Shown here: positions 61,165-64,000 of the stretch, in pieces
How the letters are laid out: the number at the start of each line of letters is the position of its first letter
How positions within the stretch are numbered: position 1 is the stretch's first letter
Origin: Lytechinus pictus
Taxonomy: Eukaryota
Length of the DNA stretch: 64,000 nt
NCBI RefSeq assembly: GCF_037042905.1
Contig: NC_087251.1
Span: forward strand, 45,572,001-45,636,000
Reading direction: 5' to 3'
The notes under the pieces: model-generated
Databases searched by the model: none
What the model was told of the DNA's origin: nothing
What the model saw: the letters and a program-made list of their open reading frames with translations, nothing else
Program-made: the position numbers and the translations under genes

Positions 61165-61305
61165 CTCTGAATAGTCATCCCTCTCTGATGCGAGCCTTCG
61201 TAGATGGTTTATCATGTTCTTAGAAACTATCTCCTTCTGGGCCTGGTCTAGGTCACTCAGCTCACCGAGCTCCAGGTTGAATACATTCTCAGAATTGTCC
61301 GTTAC
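61165..61305 (-). CDS. CCDC88C: Most 5' CCDC88 exon in the window (VTDNSENVFNLEL...ERDDYSE)
   Basis: tatag|GTA ... GAG|gtaagc, 141 nt. Matches recalled Girdin VTHNQENVFDL...ERDEHSE. Not in the ORF track. Confidence 0.92.
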
Positions 61306-62879
61306 CTATAAGGAAGACAAAGTTAAAATATTAATTTATAAGTGTAGATAGCTGATCATGTTCAGGCAAAAAAAAAATTGGGGCTAGTTTTCATAACTTA
61401 CTGCCTAAATCTTGCAACATTGGATTTATAAGCTTTAACATCGTGACAAATGGGGATTTCCAGTTCTCCCTTTTTTTTGGTTCCAAGAACTCTCTTGAGA
61501 ATATCGGGGGGGGGGGGGGCTTAATCACCCCCATAACTGGGTACAAAAATCACCTAGCTCACAGTTCAGGGTCATATTTGTTCTTTGAAAGATCTTTTAC
61601 ACATAAATGAATAAACCTGTTAATTAGTGAATATCTAACATTAATCTAACGAATTATGGTACTTCTTGTGTAAATATATGAGAATTGATCATTCAGAAAC
61701 CTTGAAAGAATGTCCCAAAGTATATTCTCATTCATCGTCATTCACAATTAAAAGTTCAATTCAGATTATTCATAAAATGGGTAACTTAAACATGATGGAC
61801 AGTGGACTGCGGAACTACTTAATATTGACTGACTAATCACCATATTCATCATTTGTCTTCTACCTAACTTGCAGGTGTTGATATCTAATCCTGTTTATCA
61901 TCCCTCCTAGATCACGTTCTTCTCAGCAAACCATCATGAAACGGTGTCACGTAATGCATAATACATCACAGGCATGAAACCCATCCTCATTCTCTCTTCT
62001 TTCTTTCTTTCTCTATTTCTTTCTTTCTTTCTGCCTCTCCTCTGTCTCTCTCTCTCTCTCTCTTCTCAGTCATCAACCTTAATGGATGGAGGCTAAGAGG
62101 TGGGGCCTAAGAAGATGGAAGGTATCGCCATGGCGACGATTCCAAGGGGAAGAGTTTCTCATCAGATGGCAAATTGTATTTGATAAGCATGCTGATGACA
62201 TATTTTGGGCTCTAATGACCGCGATTTGGCAGGTACATTATTAAAAAGCATGATTAAATTATCAACCAAGAGCCTACTTTCCATACCATTTCAGACCCTT
62301 CACTTCGATCTAATATCTTCTGTTATTGATGGAGTGTATAATGACATTGAGTTTGGTTATTACTATTTACTACTCTCAACCAATATGGAAAACATTGGCA
62401 CCCTCATTGTATTTTCATCTTATGTAAATGGTATCTATTTACCTCTGCATTCTCTTTTGGAGCGGCCTTGTTACCTTATCTTGCGACAGATAGAGGTTAA
62501 TCAACTATTGTAAGTGATAAACTTTGATACATCACGGATTTCATGCCCTACTTCTGACATGGTGTTTTTAGTGAGGTTTTAAGGGTCCTAGTACTATGAA
62601 AAAAAATATAAGGTTATCTATAAGGTACTTATCACAACTCGGGTCTTGCAGCAAATACAAATTATTATTGACAAATTTCCTGACTTTCCGTTTTTACTTA
62701 ATTTCATTTCTAGAAAGAGCATTCTAAATTTCGCTATGAATCTTAAGTTGAATGTCAAAGGAATGTTTTATTAAAAAAAATAAAAAAAATAAAAATAAAA
62801 ACGAAAAACCAAAATAAATCCATATTTTATTGTTTGAAATAGTCATGAAATGAAATACTCAGAAAATTTGCTTTGCCCA

Positions 62880-63070
62880 ATTGATCGTAGGCCCGGCAGC
62901 CACTGTGCAGCGCCAGATCGACGAGGCTCTATCCCTTTAATCGTTGAACGCCAAACAGGGTAGCAGCAACTCCCATCTTTTAACGTCTTTTGGTCTGACG
63001 CGGCCGGGGTTTGAACCCCCGACCTCCCGGTTGTGAGGCGGACGCTCTATCAACTGCGCCAACACACCGG
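62880..63070 (-). mobile_element. tRNA-derived SINE (5' part, well preserved)
   Basis: Minus strand ccggtgtgttggcgcagttgatagagcgtccgcctcacaaccgggaggtcgggggttcaaaccccggccgcgtcagacc...: A and B boxes, then non-tRNA body. Confidence 0.8.
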
Positions 63071-64000
63071 TTATTGAGCCATTTAGAGAGGAAAAAATAA
63101 TTTCCTAGTAGTATTAGTAGTAAAATATTTCCACGGCAATATCATTACTTAGTTGAATTTTCCTTCAATTTGTTTGCAAACCAAGTTTGCTCAAATCAGT
63201 CAATATTTATGGAAATGACGCTTACTGCGAACCTAATCTAACGCTTGACCCAGTTCAAGGTGCAAACATTCGAAAGCAAATAAGGAAATAAAACATAGAC
63301 GAATGCTTGGCAACGCAAACACTGACATGAATGTTTCAGCTACATACTAAGAAGCAGCTCAGGGTTGATTTTCTATCAGGGGATAAATGTAGCTACATCA
63401 TGTAAGTTTGTCATAACCCTTCTGACTGAAAATCTGTCCTTTCCTCCACCCTTTTTCCGGCAGCATGCTTGAGCCAATTTCCTCTCCTGAGTGACAAATA
63501 ATTTGGTTTTACCAAGCAGCATCTGTTTCTCCAGCCCTAGTCCCCATGTACCAGGGATAGTTTTACCAATGTTATGCTACGGTCACACCAAGGAAACCGA
63601 TTCCAAACCGACCGATGGTATGTCATTGGTAATAAAGTGATAGATTTGGTCGATCTAGAATCGGGATCGCCAGTGTGAAAGTGGTAAGTCATGACATCAG
63701 TATAACTACATATTGATGCTACAGTCACACTAAACAATACCGGCTCTAAACCGACCGATAGCATATCGTTGGGAATAGTATCATAGATTTGGTTGGTCTG
63801 GAGTTTGTCCGCTAGTGTGACTGAGGTGTACACAGCTGCTGTAACTCTGCCCCTCAGCGATGAAGATACAGAGGTTGGCTTCATTGTACAATCACAGAGG
63901 GTATGAGTGAAGTACATGTAAACGTCATAATCGTCAAAATATAACATGGTAATACTATTATGTATCCATCTTCTAGTAACAGTAAGAAAGTTCATCACAG

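Larger units (their letters stand above)
16501..61305 (-). other. CCDC88C: Span of CCDC88-family gene (Girdin/Daple ortholog), 24 coding exons in window, 5' exons beyond right edge
   Basis: Phase-consistent GT-AG exon chain, 5337 nt. Peptides match recalled Girdin/Daple segments (VELA..KAK.RR.RQ.LEEK, DARSARAYRDELD, LVNEKIKTQQLSNDLEKL, RRQKEKLE.KIM.QYK). C-terminus WYEYGCV. Confidence 0.95.

Noticed and set aside
61306..64000. Next upstream CCDC88 (Hook-domain) exon, and the 153-aa ORF 63537-63998
   Set aside because: No exon with the expected ...AHIQE-like end was found. The ORF runs through small inverted-repeat elements (about 63575-63830) and looks non-coding.

Overview
AT-rich eukaryotic (metazoan) genomic DNA. 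The repeat content (TIR MITEs, TTAA-flanked elements, tRNA-derived SINEs, poly-G runs) suggests an echinoderm such as a sea urchin, but that is inference. Most of the window (16.5-61.3 kb) is one minus-strand gene of the CCDC88 (Girdin/Daple) family. I assembled by hand 24 GT-AG exons with consistent phases (5337 nt, about 1778 aa). They encode a long coiled coil, then a low-complexity tail ending in the Daple-type PDZ-binding motif WYEYGCV. The N-terminal Hook-domain exons lie beyond the right edge. At the far left is the probable first coding exon of a D-glutamate cyclase (DGLUCY/UPF0317)-like gene, the same neighbour CCDC88C has in human. Between the genes is a 2.9-kb tandem duplication. 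Its first copy carries a 5'-truncated LINE with an intact PHD-APE-RT ORF2, and its second copy preserves the empty site. Introns are dense with MITEs and SINEs and contain several locally duplicated exon or splice-site fragments. No prokaryotic system, CRISPR array, rRNA or bona fide tRNA gene was found. Repeat boundaries are approximate to a few bases.
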